Assembly (NCBI RefSeq): GCF_026571515.1
Contig: NW_026852258.1
Coordinates: 434,001-498,000, forward strand
Direction: 5' to 3'
Length of the DNA: 64,000 bases
Source: Ruditapes philippinarum
Taxonomy: Eukaryota
Positions 22,901 through 35,858 of the stretch are shown here, one piece after another (the first letter of the stretch is position 1; each line of letters begins with the position of its first letter). The notes under the pieces were generated by a model, which was given only the letters and a program-made list of their open reading frames with translations, was not told the DNA's origin and searched no databases. Position numbers and translations under genes: made by a program.

Positions 22901-25900
22901 ACATGTAAGTATTTCTATCCCAAAACTTACAGAGCAAGAAATTACTGTATATTTTGACAAGTTTTAGGTATTTTCTGTGGATAGTAAGTGCCATTAACTA
23001 GTTTAAATGTTAAATCGCCTAATTCAAATACTTGACATGAGAAAAAACTTTCAAGGGTATAAATCTTTATCTTGAGAAATATTTTTTGAAATTCATTAGT
23101 CTGTTATTACACATGAAAATTGTATGTAAACAGTAAAATGTTACAGCACCTAATATGCAGCCCCTCTCTTATTTATTGTTATGTTTATATGAATAGAAAA
23201 AGTGGTTAATATGAATAGCCTGAAGTATAGACATTAGGACTTGAATTTACTCTATTTTATATCCTCAAATTTGTGCAAGTTCAAGGAATTTTAGCTCACT
23301 CAGTGATTTTTTTTTTCCAATTTTCAAAACAACCTGTGGCTTTCTGAAGGGGGAAATATAGCGCGATAAAATAGAAAAGGGGAAATCAAATTCCAACAAT
23401 TGAGAATGAAATTTACCCACACAACTTTCAATTTCAATTAAATTTAACATGCATGGTACATAGCAGAGGCTACAGGGAAAGCTTTCTGTCTTCTAGCTGA
23501 TATAGTTAGTCATATGCTGATAAGTCATGGTTCTGGTGAAGAAGTGCACAGGGCATTTCAGGGGAAAAATTGGCTTTTTTAGGGGAAAATATAACTATTT
23601 TGAGCTAGGGGAAACAGCCTTTATTCGGCTGTAAAATACAGGGGAAAAAATCACTGTCACTAGAACTAATCATATCATCCAAGCATATAACTTATGTCCT
23701 ATCTCAGCACATGAAACATTTTGCAAGTTTAGCAAAAATAAGTACTGTTGGCAATTTCCACTGGCATTTTATAAGTCTGCTCATGTTGAAATCAAGCTCT
23801 CGGACAGTTATTGTCCGTATTGCAAAGTTTGTTCCACAGGTTGTACAGACAAGTTGAATTTTTATAAGGACATGTCAAGAAATGCTTCACATAAATTAGA
23901 CAAGCAAGTCAAGATGATGTTGTGGCAATCCTGGTTAATACCTGAGCAAGACAATTTGTTTTGATGTTTCATGGGCAAAAGCCTATATGATGTAGGAAAA
24001 AATCCAAATTAGGGGGAAAAAAACAAATACTAAGCTTGCAAATTAGTATATATATTGAATTTTTAACACAGGTTATAGAAATCTTTTTAGCTCACCTGAG
24101 CTTGCTCAGGGTGAGCTTTTAGGATCGGTGAATGTCCGTCGTCCGTCGTCCGTCCGGCCGTCCACAATTACTTGTGAACACTCTAGCGGTCGCATTTTTG
24201 CCTCAATCATCATCAAACTTGGTCAGGATGCTTATCTAGTTGAAAGCTCGGATGAGTTCGAACATGGGTCATCTCGGATGAAAAACTAGGTCACAAGAGC
24301 TAAAAATAGATAAACCTTGTGAACACTCTAGAGGTCACATTTTTGACCCAATCATCATCAAACTTGGTCAGGATGTTTGTCTAGGTGATAGCTTGGATGA
24401 GTTCGAACATGGGTCATCTCGGATGAAAAAGTAGGTCACAGGAGCTATAAATAGAAAAACCTTGTGAACACTCTAGTGGTCACATTTTTGAACCAATCAT
24501 CATCAAACTTGGTCAGAATGCTTGTCTAGTCAATTGCTTGGATGAGTTCGAACATGGGTCATCTCTGATGAAAAACTAGGTCACAGGAGCTAAAAATAGA
24601 AAAACCTTGTGAACACTCTAGTGGTCACATTTTTGACCCAATCATCATCAAACTTTGTCAGGATGCTTGTTTAGATAATAGCTCGGATGAGTTCGAATAT
24701 GGGTCATCTCGGATGAAAAACTAGGTCACCGGAGCTATAAATAGAAAAAACCTTGTGAACACTCTAGTGGTCACATTTTTTGCATCAATCATCATCAAAC
24801 TTGGTCAGGATGCTTATCTAGTTGATAGCTTGGATGAGTTCGAACATGGGTCATCTCGGATGAAAAAGTAGGTCACCAGAGCTAAAAATAGAAAAACCTT
24901 GTTAACACTTTAGCGGTCACATTTTTGCATCAATCATCATCAAACTTGATCAAGATGCTTGTCTAGGTGATAGCTCGGATGAGTTCGAACATGGGTCATC
25001 TCGGATGAAAAAACTAGGTCACAGGAGCTAAAAAATAGAAAAACCTTGTTAACACTCTAGTGGTTTCACAATTTTGACTCAATTGTCATCAAACTTGGTC
25101 AGGAAACTTGTCTAGGTCATTGCTGGGAATAAATCGAACATGGGACATTTCGGATGAAAAACTAGGTCACAGGAGCTAAAAATAGAAAAAAATCTTGTTA
25201 ACACTCTAGTGGCTACTGTTGTGATCCAAATATTCTGTTAATTGGTCTGAAAGTTTGTTTTGATGATTTCTAAGTCAAGATCGAACATGGGTCATCTTGG
25301 ATGAAAAACTAGGTCACACCGCCCAAATATGGAAAAACCTTGTTAACATTCTAGTGGTCACATTTTCGACTCAATTATCATCAAAACTTGGTCAGGATGT
25401 TTGTCTAGGTAATTGCTTGGATGAGTTCGAAATCGCATGTGAAACTAGGTCACCGGAGCTAAAAATAGAAAAATCTTGTTAACACTCTAGTTGCTACTGT
25501 TTTGATCCAAGTATCCTGGAAATTGGTCTGAAAGTTTGTTTTGATGATTTCTAGGTCAAGTTTGAATATGTGTCACCTGGGTAAAAAACTAGGTCGCACT
25601 GCTCAAATATGGATAATCCTTGTTAACACTGTAGTGGTCACATTTTTGACTCACCTGTCATGAGACTTGGTCAGAATGCTTGTCTAGGTAATTGTTTGGA
25701 TGAGTTTGATAATTCAGGTGAGCGATCTAGGGCCATCATGGCCCTCTTGTTTATAAACCACTTCTTTGTTGATAACCATGAAATATATTCTTATATAATT
25801 TCAGAACTGAAGGCAAGAAGTAAGGCTCCTAAGATTCAGAGGCTTGTGACACCAGTTGTTTTACAAAGAAAACGTCACCGTATGGCATTGAAGAGGAGAC

Positions 25901-26037
25901 GCTCCACCAAGAAACGTGAAGATGCAGCAGAATATGCTAAACTGCTTGCTTTGAGACTTAAAGAAGCTAAGGAGAGAAAAAGAAGCCGATCTAACAGTAG
26001 GACTGCTTCAACGTCAAAATCTGAAACAAAAGCTTAA
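19919..26037 (+). CDS. RPS6: 40S ribosomal protein S6 (eS6), 5 coding exons, 243 aa
   Basis: Exons 19919-19924 (MK), 21357-21488, 22171-22381, 22637-22786, 25805-26037 total 732 nt in frame. Reads [21 protein letters not shown]...[15 protein letters not shown]...[14 protein letters not shown]...[11 protein letters not shown]; AATAAA at ~26063. Confidence 0.98.
21357..21488 (+). CDS. RPS6: RPS6 exon 2
   Basis: [48 protein letters not shown] bounded. Confidence 0.97.
22171..22381 (+). CDS. RPS6: RPS6 exon 3
   Basis: [19 protein letters not shown]...[12 protein letters not shown] bounded. Confidence 0.97.
22637..22786 (+). CDS. RPS6: RPS6 exon 4
   Basis: [49 protein letters not shown]. Confidence 0.97.
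23301..23656. mobile_element. MITE with 5-bp TSD in RPS6 intron 4
   Basis: TIR CAGTGATTTTTT(n)CC / GGAAAAAATCACTG flanked by TCACT; internal GGGGAAA motifs. Confidence 0.75.
24084..25751 (+). mobile_element. Helentron-type non-autonomous element (HINE/pearl/DTC84-like) with about 11 tandem units of ~146 bp
   Basis: T-rich 5' end, sub-terminal inverted repeat GCTCACCTGA...TCAGGTGAGC, GTCC-type microsatellite, central tandem array, 3' hairpin AGGGCCATCATGGCCCT followed by CTTGTT. Confidence 0.88.
25805..26037 (+). CDS. RPS6: RPS6 exon 5 (terminal)
   Basis: [25 protein letters not shown]...[10 protein letters not shown] then stop. Confidence 0.97.
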
Positions 26038-29000
26038 GTTATGCCCTGTTAAAATACCGGAAAATAAAGAGAAAAATCTTATCTACTTTCTCTTATTATT
26101 TAAACCGCTAGTGTTTTGTTTGCAGATTATTACCAAACTGGGCAGTGATATAATTTATTGCTTGTAGCTGTACATTTACTTGGAGCTTAATAGTAATAGC
26201 CGTTTCTGAATAATGTTTTATGATGATTTCTGTTGCTCAGAGTGTTGTTGTTATTGGACTGTATAGATTCATCTTGGTTTGTTACTTTAAGTGTTCTTAG
26301 TTTCAGATGTCCTCCATACATTTCACATCTTTGGGACTATTTCACCTGAAAAAAAATGTTCCATAGATATATCTGGCCAAGTGGTTGGGGTCACCAGTCT
26401 GTCAATTCAAGCCTTTGATAATACTTTATTGATAAAACTGATTTTGATCTCATGCCATTTGGCCTACACGACTTCAAAATAAACCACTTGCTAGCAAAAC
26501 TGGTAGAGGACGTATCCAATTGAAGCTCATATACCAGGCTGGAGGAATGAAGACCATTATTGAATTTATGCACTTGTAATCCTTTAAGCTACCATAATAG
26601 ACTGATACTGGTAAAATAGTTACAACCTTCAAACGAACCAAAGTCAGGATCTGTAAGTGTAAAGTTTGTAGATGATAATACAATTTAGTCTAAACGAGAA
26701 TTATTGAAAATAAACTTACCCATGCCCAGCTGAACTCGCTCTGAGTTTAGTACAGTGCAATTTTAAGGGATTTCAATATTAAAATACAAAAATTGAGTTA
26801 CCATTAGCATAGAGCCTAGACTGCAGAAGGTGTAGATTTGCCTGGGTCTATTAGCAGGTTAGTTGGTAAATATTTTAATCTGAAAAGGAAATTAAACAAA
26901 CTGCATTAAGAGATGAAATCTTGTTATTCAAACGTCCATTAGCTGAGTAAAACACTGCCAATTTTGATAGCAAATGTTTTAAACGGGGTTAGGTAGTTAC
27001 TGGTACATGTACAATGTGTCTTGAAAAACAGCTTGTCAACAGATTGTATCAGCTCATTTTATAAACATCTGGTCTTTAAGTAGGTGAAACATGCAATGTC
27101 GAATAAGTTCAGACCTTACTGTATTTTTTAGAAAAAATATGTCTGATTGTAATCAGATTTTTGAAATATGGTGGTCTAATAGTAATGACTTTCAAACAGG
27201 TGTTACATCCTGGTATTGATCTCATTTGATCCATAGATAAAATTTAATGGGGCATGTATAATAAAAATGATCACACTTGCGTTGGTAATGTTTTATAATG
27301 GACTTGCCCACTTTGAAAAGTTGTTATCCAGAACTCCGCAAATGTGGGTTTTTCCAAGCTAATACCCTCCGGTACAAACAAACTTTTACTGGAACCTTCA
27401 TGGTGCACTGCCATTCATAATAGGTAATTCAGCCTGTTGTGCTTATTTTAGAAGCTGTAAAAGTTTGTTTGTTCCCCAGAATTAACTGGGAAAAACCCAA
27501 AATATTCTTAATTCCGGAGTAAGTCTATATAAAACAGTCCTATATCTGTATAAGGAATTTAAGTTTAAACAAGCTATCAATCAAAGTGGCAGTATATCAA
27601 CAAGTCGACTTCCTATAATTGCTAAAAATGTATACAGGCTCCTAAGAAATGTGCATGAGCTTGTAATTGCAAGATGCGGTACACATTGAATTAAGCTAGT
27701 ACAGTGTGTTTATAAACTGTGATAGCTGAGTCTAGTCTAGGTGTAGATAATTGGTGACATAAGTATGTATGTTATACGCATATTCAAAGGATAAAATAGA
27801 AACATCGAAAGGTCAGAATGATCTTAATTATAACTATCTTACAAGTTAATTTTTATCAGCTTCATTATACCCAAGTCAGATCAGAATGTCTTGACAAATA
27901 ATCTTGTAAAAAAAAAATTTAGTTTACAGAAATAATATTAAATTATGTATGCTGACCAGTGCTTTATTTTGATAATTATAGCCAACTTGTTGAATGACTG
28001 AATGTTGTTAAAAGTGTTTTCAAAGTTAGTCCTCTTGCAAATTTATAAATTTAATGCGGTCACCTTCAGATATTGACATAACTGAAAAATTTGTCTTGAG
28101 CATATCAACTAAATAATGGAGATAACTCTAGCTAAACTTCTTGAAATGGTGTGACACAGTTGCCTCCCATATTCTATACAGTTAGCTAGGATAATAATAC
28201 TATGCTTTCTAATCTTACTATTTTATTATGCTACTCCCTTATGGAAAAGAATGATTTAATCATGTTAAGAAGCTGCACACTAAAAATCAAATGGGATGCA
28301 CATTTAGAATTCATTGAAAAATGTATCTTGATAAGTAAAATATATTCTGCATTAGTGCATTAAGCAACTATAAGCCTACATTTTTTCATTATCTAATCTT
28401 ATAAAATGTTGATATCATAATATACAGCATTTGTATACTATTTGTTCACAAGTATATAATATATAAACATGTACAATATGCACTGCATTATAATGAAAAC
28501 ATTTAATATATATCAAGCTCTATAGATTGGAAACATATTTCTTCTATTCATAGCTTCAATTAAGAATTTAGGAACATGCACTTAATGATAATTGACAGCA
28601 TATTTACATCAGACATGTGCCCTAATTCAGGTTTTCTATCTATACATTTGATAACAGATTTTCTAGTAAATTATTACATTCAAAGCAGTGGGAAGTCGCC
28701 ATTTGACTTATACTATCATCGTGCATCATAAAACCAAACAACCAAAAAAAAAATCTATGGATGTTTTACTGAAATTATTGTAATCCTACAAGAAATTAAC
28801 TTTCAACATGCATTTTCCAATAAATTTTAATTGTGTTTATTACACTTGTTCTTAGTATGATGCTTCATAAACTTGATACAATCATTCTTTTTAATCAGAA
28901 AGTAAGATAAATGAAATACAAATGACATAATATGCACATCTATTTATAAGTTGATTCCACAATCCTAAAATGTTACAATGACATCTACGGTATGTTGAGT

Positions 29001-31516
29001 GGAAATATTGCCCAACCCATGATATCACCAATTATTGCTAATAATTCATTTATACACACCCATAAAATATCTAATTGTCCTGTTTTGTTTCATATGAATT
29101 TTGTTATAACATTTAAGAACGGAAATAGAGGTACTGTTACAGGCACAACACATGAATTATTCATTTTAATATATGTTTTAATACCAACATCAGTATAATA
29201 TTGTACTTGAGAAATAATTGTATCTTACTAACTCTAGGGCTTGGCTGCCTGATTCAAACATTATAATTATTGGCCAGTTTGAGAAAAGTCTAAATGCTCA
29301 TTTAAATTTACACCCAAACAGGAAACAAAGTAGTGTAACCTATTCTAAATTGAAAGTGACCACTGTTTTTACCCTTTTTTCTAAAATGGACAACCTTTAG
29401 TTTTCCTTATATGATTGACTTTTGAGGGGAAAAAATTAAGCTTTTTCTACACTCCTTTAGTTTTCCTTGTAAGTTTAACATTTAAAAAGCAAAACAAAAA
29501 AAAGATTTTGAAATATTGCCTAAGTCCTGGTGTCATTGACATTGCCATCTGTAAACTTAAATATTGGTTATATTTTTGCAAGTGCACCATACCAAACTTT
29601 ACCTTAAACTCATAGATGAATGTAGGTCTGCTTGATTTTTAACTGGCAGCTACTTTTTAGAATTTACTTGATTTATGCTATAATTGGCTATAACTGTTAT
29701 TTATGAAGAAAATGTCCTCTGGACAAGACGGGACAGATGTTGACTAAGGAAATACATGTACCTTGATATACAGATTAAATTATTTGCAATGGCCATAACC
29801 TTGTGATTCATGAACTCTTCTCCAAAACTACAAAGGATAGAGTTTAGATATTTTACATGAAATAGTCTTCTTGACCTCTAACAAAGTTTTACAAATAAAA
29901 CCTTGGGGTCAAATAAGCCCCACTCCCTGTGACCTACATTTTTTGTTTTAAAAGTTACAGCTATAGATTTTTGACTAGATAAAAAATGAATTTTTAACTA
30001 GATTTTTATTTTGACCCAGTGACATACATTTTGTTAACAAAGCTTTTCAGATGCATAAATGAACTTTGACTTAGATATTTATTTTGATCCAGTGCCTCCT
30101 TTTTACATAAACCTAAAGCTATGGATTAAATGCACAGTTTCAGATGCAGATTTGAACTTTGATATCAGTTGACCTTGATATTGACCCAGCAATGTACTTT
30201 TTCACAGGGACAAGACCCCTTGGTTGAGGATCAAGGCTATAATTTGTTTAATCAACATGTAATGTTTATATTATCAACATGTGATGTTATATGATTACTA
30301 TGTAATGTTATATGATCAACATGTTTATATTCTCTAATTGAGTTCTCTATATAGCAGCTCATGCATTATCTCCTCTTACAAAATGTCACTTCTGAATAAT
30401 TCCCTATTGAATGCAAATCATTATGTTTTCATGATCCTGTTTTAGAGTGTTGGTGATAAGTACATAATTTCTATAAGCAGTAGTTACCTAGCTTAGTTTG
30501 AAATCTCTATAAATAATATTGTAATAATGTGATATTTCTCTTAATTATGGTAAAATGTATCATTTTCTCGAATTTTTTTAATTGAGCCGTAAGAGTACAG
30601 ATTTTATATGTTAAAAGTACACATAGTTACATGTATCATCATCATCACAGTACATAAATATGTGTATATGTGTATATTTAATGACATGTGAAATAAAGAA
30701 TGAAAACATTATAATCACGGTCTAGCTCTTGTTAAGACAGTCTAGAAAATTAAAGTTCAGTTCTGTCTAGTGTTAAGCTGACATGTGGAAATTGCTAACA
30801 GGGAGCTGTCGAATTTTGTCATTATTATTTAGACTCTTAACATTTTTGAGCTCACAAAATTGGCGGAAAGTTAATGAGATTTAATCAGATTGTTTTTCTC
30901 TTAATAGCTCTGAAAAATACAAAAGTCTAAGGAGACATTCAAAAGATTACGAGCTTGACCTAATCTTAAAGGAACTTGGTGAGATGTTAAATACAACTTA
31001 AGGCAAGATCGAGTTGGAGTTGGTCTAAATTGTTGATGCTTCACAAACGATATAGAATATGTACCCGTTAGATATAGAATATGTAGATATAGAATAATGT
31101 AGCAGTTGCAGGCAATATACGTGACTTAACGATTTAAACAAAACACAGACAATTTAGAGAAAGGTGTGAATAAGGCTCTTTACAGCTGCATTATATTACA
31201 GTAGTTAAATATGAAATTACCCTAGGATTTAAATGTTTATGAAAATTTGAAATAATTATAGGTAATTTTATCATTGTGCACCTATTAGCCACCTTTTACA
31301 TTGAATGAAATTATGCACTTTTACTCATAGAGGCAACTGTATATAAATGCAATGATTTTCTCCGCTCACAGACCACTAAAATATACATGCAAACATTTTT
31401 AAACGAAGTCAAATCCCCTTAATAGGCCTACTTATTAATTATTCTAACATAGGTAATACAAATTATCTTTTATATGGTTAATGTGCAAATAAACAGCAAT
31501 AATTGTACTTTAAAGT

Positions 31517-31770
31517 TTGATTATTTGATTGGGTTTAAGTCACACCAACACAGTATAGGTCATACTGGTGGAGGAAGACCTCAGGTGCCCTTCAGTGCAT
31601 TATTTCAGGTACAAATGGGCACCCGAGTAGAACCACCAAAGTTCCGTAAGCTAGCTGGATAGCTTCCACACTTGGAAGAATCCAAAGTCCCTGTTGGGAT
31701 TCGAACCCACAGCAGTGAGGGGTAAGTGGTTTGAAGTCAAGGAACTTAACCATTTGCCCACAGACACCCT
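31517..31770 (-). mobile_element. tRNA-derived SINE with Meta/MESC-like central domain
   Basis: Minus strand has a tRNA-like head (TGGTTAAG...GGGTTCGAATCCC) then GGTGGTTCTACTCGGGTGCCC..GAAATAATGCAC..GGCACCTGAGGTCTTCCTCCACCA. Related copies at 1-36, 39745-39993, 55400-55565, 60118-60270. Confidence 0.8.
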
Positions 31771-32022
31771 GTACTTTTAGCACTAATTTTCACACAGATT
31801 GTGAAATTGTTGTCGCTGCACACTCTGTGGACATACTCGTTGCAGAAAAACTTGCTTTTTGATAGCTTACATGCAAACAGTATAATAGGGAATTTTTTGA
31901 TACATAGAATACATTGATAAAACATTCGGTACCAAAATGTTACGAAGGAAGCTATTGGAAATGTAATATTTGAGAGTCTGTTGCCATTTTGGATTATCCA
32001 TGTCTGAGCTAATGTAACCAAA

Positions 32023-32656
32023 AACAAGAGCTGTTGGTAGGACAGCAACGCGGCGACTATTCTTAGTGCTTCATAGTAAAAAAAAAAAAAGCCTTGATTA
32101 AAAGGTAAAATTTTCTCAGTACAGAAAAAGGCAAAATTTTTCTTTAAATCCATATTACAGTTATAGGCATTGGAGAGAGTCCTATTATGCTCTCTGCAAA
32201 GTTTCAAAGCCTTATGTCAATGAACTTTGAAAATATTTGAGGTGTTATAAAAACTTTAACATAAATTTTAAATCGAAAAAGGGGCATAATTCTGTCAAAA
32301 TGCTTAATAGAGTTCCCTCCTCCTGTTTACAGGTTGGGGTCATGATGGTGAACAAGTGTGCAAAGTTTCAAAACCATATGTCAATGGACCTTGAAAATAT
32401 TTGAGGTATTACAAAAACTTTAACGTAAATTCTAAGTCGAAAAAGGGACATAATTCTGTCAAAATGCTTGATAGAGTTACTCCTCCTGTCTACAGGTTGG
32501 GGTCATGATGGTGAACAAGTGTGCAAAGTTTCAAAGCCATATGTCAATGGACTTTGAAAATATTTGAGGTTTTACAAAAACTTTAACATAAGTGGTTACG
32601 CCAACGCTGGGGTGACTACAATAGCTCTACTTATTCTTATCGAATAGTCAAGCTAG
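32023..32656 (-). mobile_element. HINE-type element with ~164-bp units, same family as 47031-47948
   Basis: AACAAGAGCTGT..ACAGC hairpin end, GACTATTC/GAATAGTC sub-TIR, tandem core units. Confidence 0.82.
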
Positions 32657-33253
32657 AAATACAATTTTGCTTGATCACTGAAAAATAGACCTTTTGTCAT
32701 ATGCAGAATGTTTTAGAACTGTTGCCGAAATTCACTGCCATCTGTAATGAACGCAACTTGTACATTAAGAACGATGAACCAATTCACTTCCATAAGTGAA
32801 ATACCAAGGAGTACCTTTAATGGAAGTCATGCTAGATATTTTTTTGTCAATGGTTAGTGATTTACAACTTTGACCAATAAGACATATTTAATTTTGAGTG
32901 AATACCTTCAGTGGTTGTGGATATAGAATGTGCCTGAAACTTTGTCATTGACCATAATTCTCTCAAATTCCATGCTAGTATTATGGAACTTCTTTAAGTT
33001 GGTAGGTTTGATCATTTGAAAATCATGTGTGAAGTTTGAATCTAACTCCCCTTGAGGCTGAGAGATTGTCTAAGATGGATTCGAATGAAGTCATTGAATC
33101 TCTTAGCTTCAGCTGGTGATGGTTTTGTCCCCTGGTGTTGCTTTAAGTTTGTAACACCCGAGGTTACCTAAAATTGTCTTTCTTTCCTCTTTCAACATCA
33201 TAATTTATAATGACCTAAATTGTGTTGATGCTCTGTAAAACCTAACAACTAAC

Positions 33254-34679
33254 AACAAGAGGGCCATGATGGCCCTGAAGTCGCTCACCTGTATATAGGC
33301 CCCTGGAGCAGGGCCAGTTTAAACCCCAGGGCTTTTATTTGAACAAACTTGGTAGACACCCATTAGAAGGTGTTTCATGCTAAACATCTAAGGTCTAGCT
33401 CGTTGGGTTTTTTAAAAGAAGATTTTTTCAAGTTTTTTCTTTACACATATAGATAAAAACAATGACACACCTGGGGCAGGGCCAGTTTTGACCCCAGGGC
33501 TTTTATTTGAACAACCTTTGTAGACACTTACTAGAAAATGTTTCATGCTTAATATCTAAACTCTAGCTATTCCGGTTTTTTCAAAGAAGATTTTTAAGTT
33601 TTTGCTATACACATATAAGGAAAATCAATGTCCCCCAGCATCATCCGCGGCTAATTTTGACCTCAGGGCTTTTATTTGAACAAACTTTGTAGACACTCAC
33701 TAGAAGATGCTTAGTGCTTAATATCTTAACTCTAGCTATTTGAGTTTTTTCAAAGAAGATTTTTTAAGTTTTTGTTATACACATATAAGGAAAATGAATG
33801 ACCCCCGGGGCGGGGCCAATTTTGACCGCAGGGCTTTTATTTGAACTAACTTGGTTGACACTCACAAAAAGATGTTTCATGCTTAGTATCTAAACTCTAG
33901 CTATTTGTTGTTTTTTTTTTTTCAAAAAAGATTTTTTAAGTTTTTGCTATACACATATAAGGAAAATCAATGACCCCCGGGGCGGGGCAAATTTTGACCC
34001 CAGGGCTCATATTTGAACAAACTTGGTAGACATCCATTAGAACATGTTTCATGCTAAATATCTTAGCTCTAGCTCTTTCGGTTCTTTAAAAGAAGATTTT
34101 TAAGTTTTTACTATATGCATATAGGGAAATTCATTGGCCCCCTGGAACCGAGCCAATTTTGACCCCAGGGCTTTTATTTGAACAAACTTGGTAGACACCC
34201 ATTAGAAGATGTTTCATGTTAAATATTTAAGCTCTAGCTCTTTGGGTTCTTTAAAAGAAGTTTTTTTAAGTTTTTACTATATGCATATAGGGAAAATCAA
34301 TGACCCCCTGGGGCGGGGCCAATTTTGACCCAAGGGCTTTTATTTGAACAAACTTGGTAGACACTCACTAGAAGATGTTTCATGCCAAATATCTAAGCTC
34401 TAGCTCATTTGGTTTCTAAGAAGATATTTAAAGTTTTTTCTTTTGGTTGCCATGGCAACCAGAGTTCTGCATGGAATTAAATTCTTTGAACAATTTTCAA
34501 AGGTGTCCACCAAAGAAACATTCCTGTGAAGTTTGGATGAAATTGGCTTTGTGGTTTATGAGGAGATGTCATTTAAAGTAAAAGTTTACGGACGGCCGGA
34601 CGCCGGACGAAAAGCGATCACAAAAGCTCACCCTGTCACAAAAGCTCACCCTGTCACTTTGTGACAGGTGAGCTAAAAA
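33254..34679 (-). mobile_element. HINE-type element with about 7 tandem units of ~170 bp
   Basis: AACAAGAGGGCCATGATGGCCCT..GCTCACCTG start, GGAC/GGCC microsatellite and CAGGTGAGCTAAAAA end; repeated GGGGCCAATTTTGACCCCAGGG core. Confidence 0.88.
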
Positions 34680-35624
34680 TTGAATCTAATCCTTGCTTTG
34701 AGTATTCAGCTGACAACAGTATGACTCTTATGGAAAAAAAAGAAATAACAAAACAAATTTTCGGTAACATTAGCACCTCTTTATTTTCCAATAATAAAGA
34801 TCCTTACATGGTTCATATTGGTTATTGCTTGTACATAAAAACATCATAATTAATAATATATACACTACACATATATATATTTCTATTGCATGAATGTATG
34901 TAATGCAAACATTTTACATCTCTCAAGTCTACGCATTCTCACAAACCATACTTATACAATTTCTGATCTTTTTAACAATAATAATAATAAATTTTCCTTT
35001 TTGCCTCCAATGTTTGTTTTACTCAGATACTGTTAATGGCCTTACTAAAAGTTACTGTGCCAATTTTTTGAAATACACTGTAAATAAATTGCAACAACAA
35101 TTCAGTTAATAATATAGCAATGAACCTACACATGTTCACACATATACATACCTAAAACAAGAACTTTTGTTTGTTTGTTTGTTTCATTTTACGTCTTTTC
35201 CCAACAGTATTTCAGCCATATAGGCAGGTAGTTTCCCAACCATCGTTCCTGGAGAGTTATACCAGTACTAGACTACCTTCCTCCGTGCTAAACTACCAAA
35301 GCATCTCCCGGGGATCAAACCCACGTCAGAGAGGTAACTGGATTAGAAGTCATCGACTCTAACCCCTCAACCATGGAGGCAGTAAAAAACAAGAACTATT
35401 TTGTCAGTTAAAACAATCATTTTTCCTTTGATGTGCCTATAGTGTAACATAGTCATTTAGCTTGCTTTTATACTATGTTTGAATGACCCAAGTGATTTCA
35501 TGTCAAATTAAATACATAACCGTGCTTTACCATCTTTATGGAGTTGAAAAAGCTGCACGGGTATTTAAATATCGGTCATTTAATTGAAAACTGACAATCT
35601 AAAGTCAACATTTGTCCATAATAT

Positions 35625-35858
35625 GAGCCGCGTCACAACAAAACCAACATAATGGGTTTGCGACCAGCATGGATCCAGACCAGCCTGCACATCAGCGCAG
35701 TCTGATCAGGATCCATGCTGTTCTCTTACAACTCTATATTAAGTAGAGAAACTAATAGCGAACAGCATGGATCCTGATCAGACTGCGCGGATGCGCAGGC
35801 TGGTCTGGATCCATGCTGGTCGCAAATCCATTATGCTGGTTTTGTCATGACGCAGCTC
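35625..35858. mobile_element. Palindromic MITE, Sola-like (GAG termini, 4-bp TSD)
   Basis: Inverted arms of about 100 bp, ATAT|GAGCCG...GCAGCTC|ATAT. Confidence 0.85.

Noticed and set aside
19925-25804. Intronic snoRNAs in RPS6
   Set aside because: Scattered TGATGA and CTGA motifs exist (e.g. ~21618, ~21877), but I could not find a convincing C/D pair with terminal stem and rRNA guide; a covariance-model search would be needed.
31690-31770. tRNA-like sequence (also ~39915-39993 and ~52270-52330)
   Set aside because: Each is a degenerate SINE head joined to a SINE body; no intact cloverleaf.
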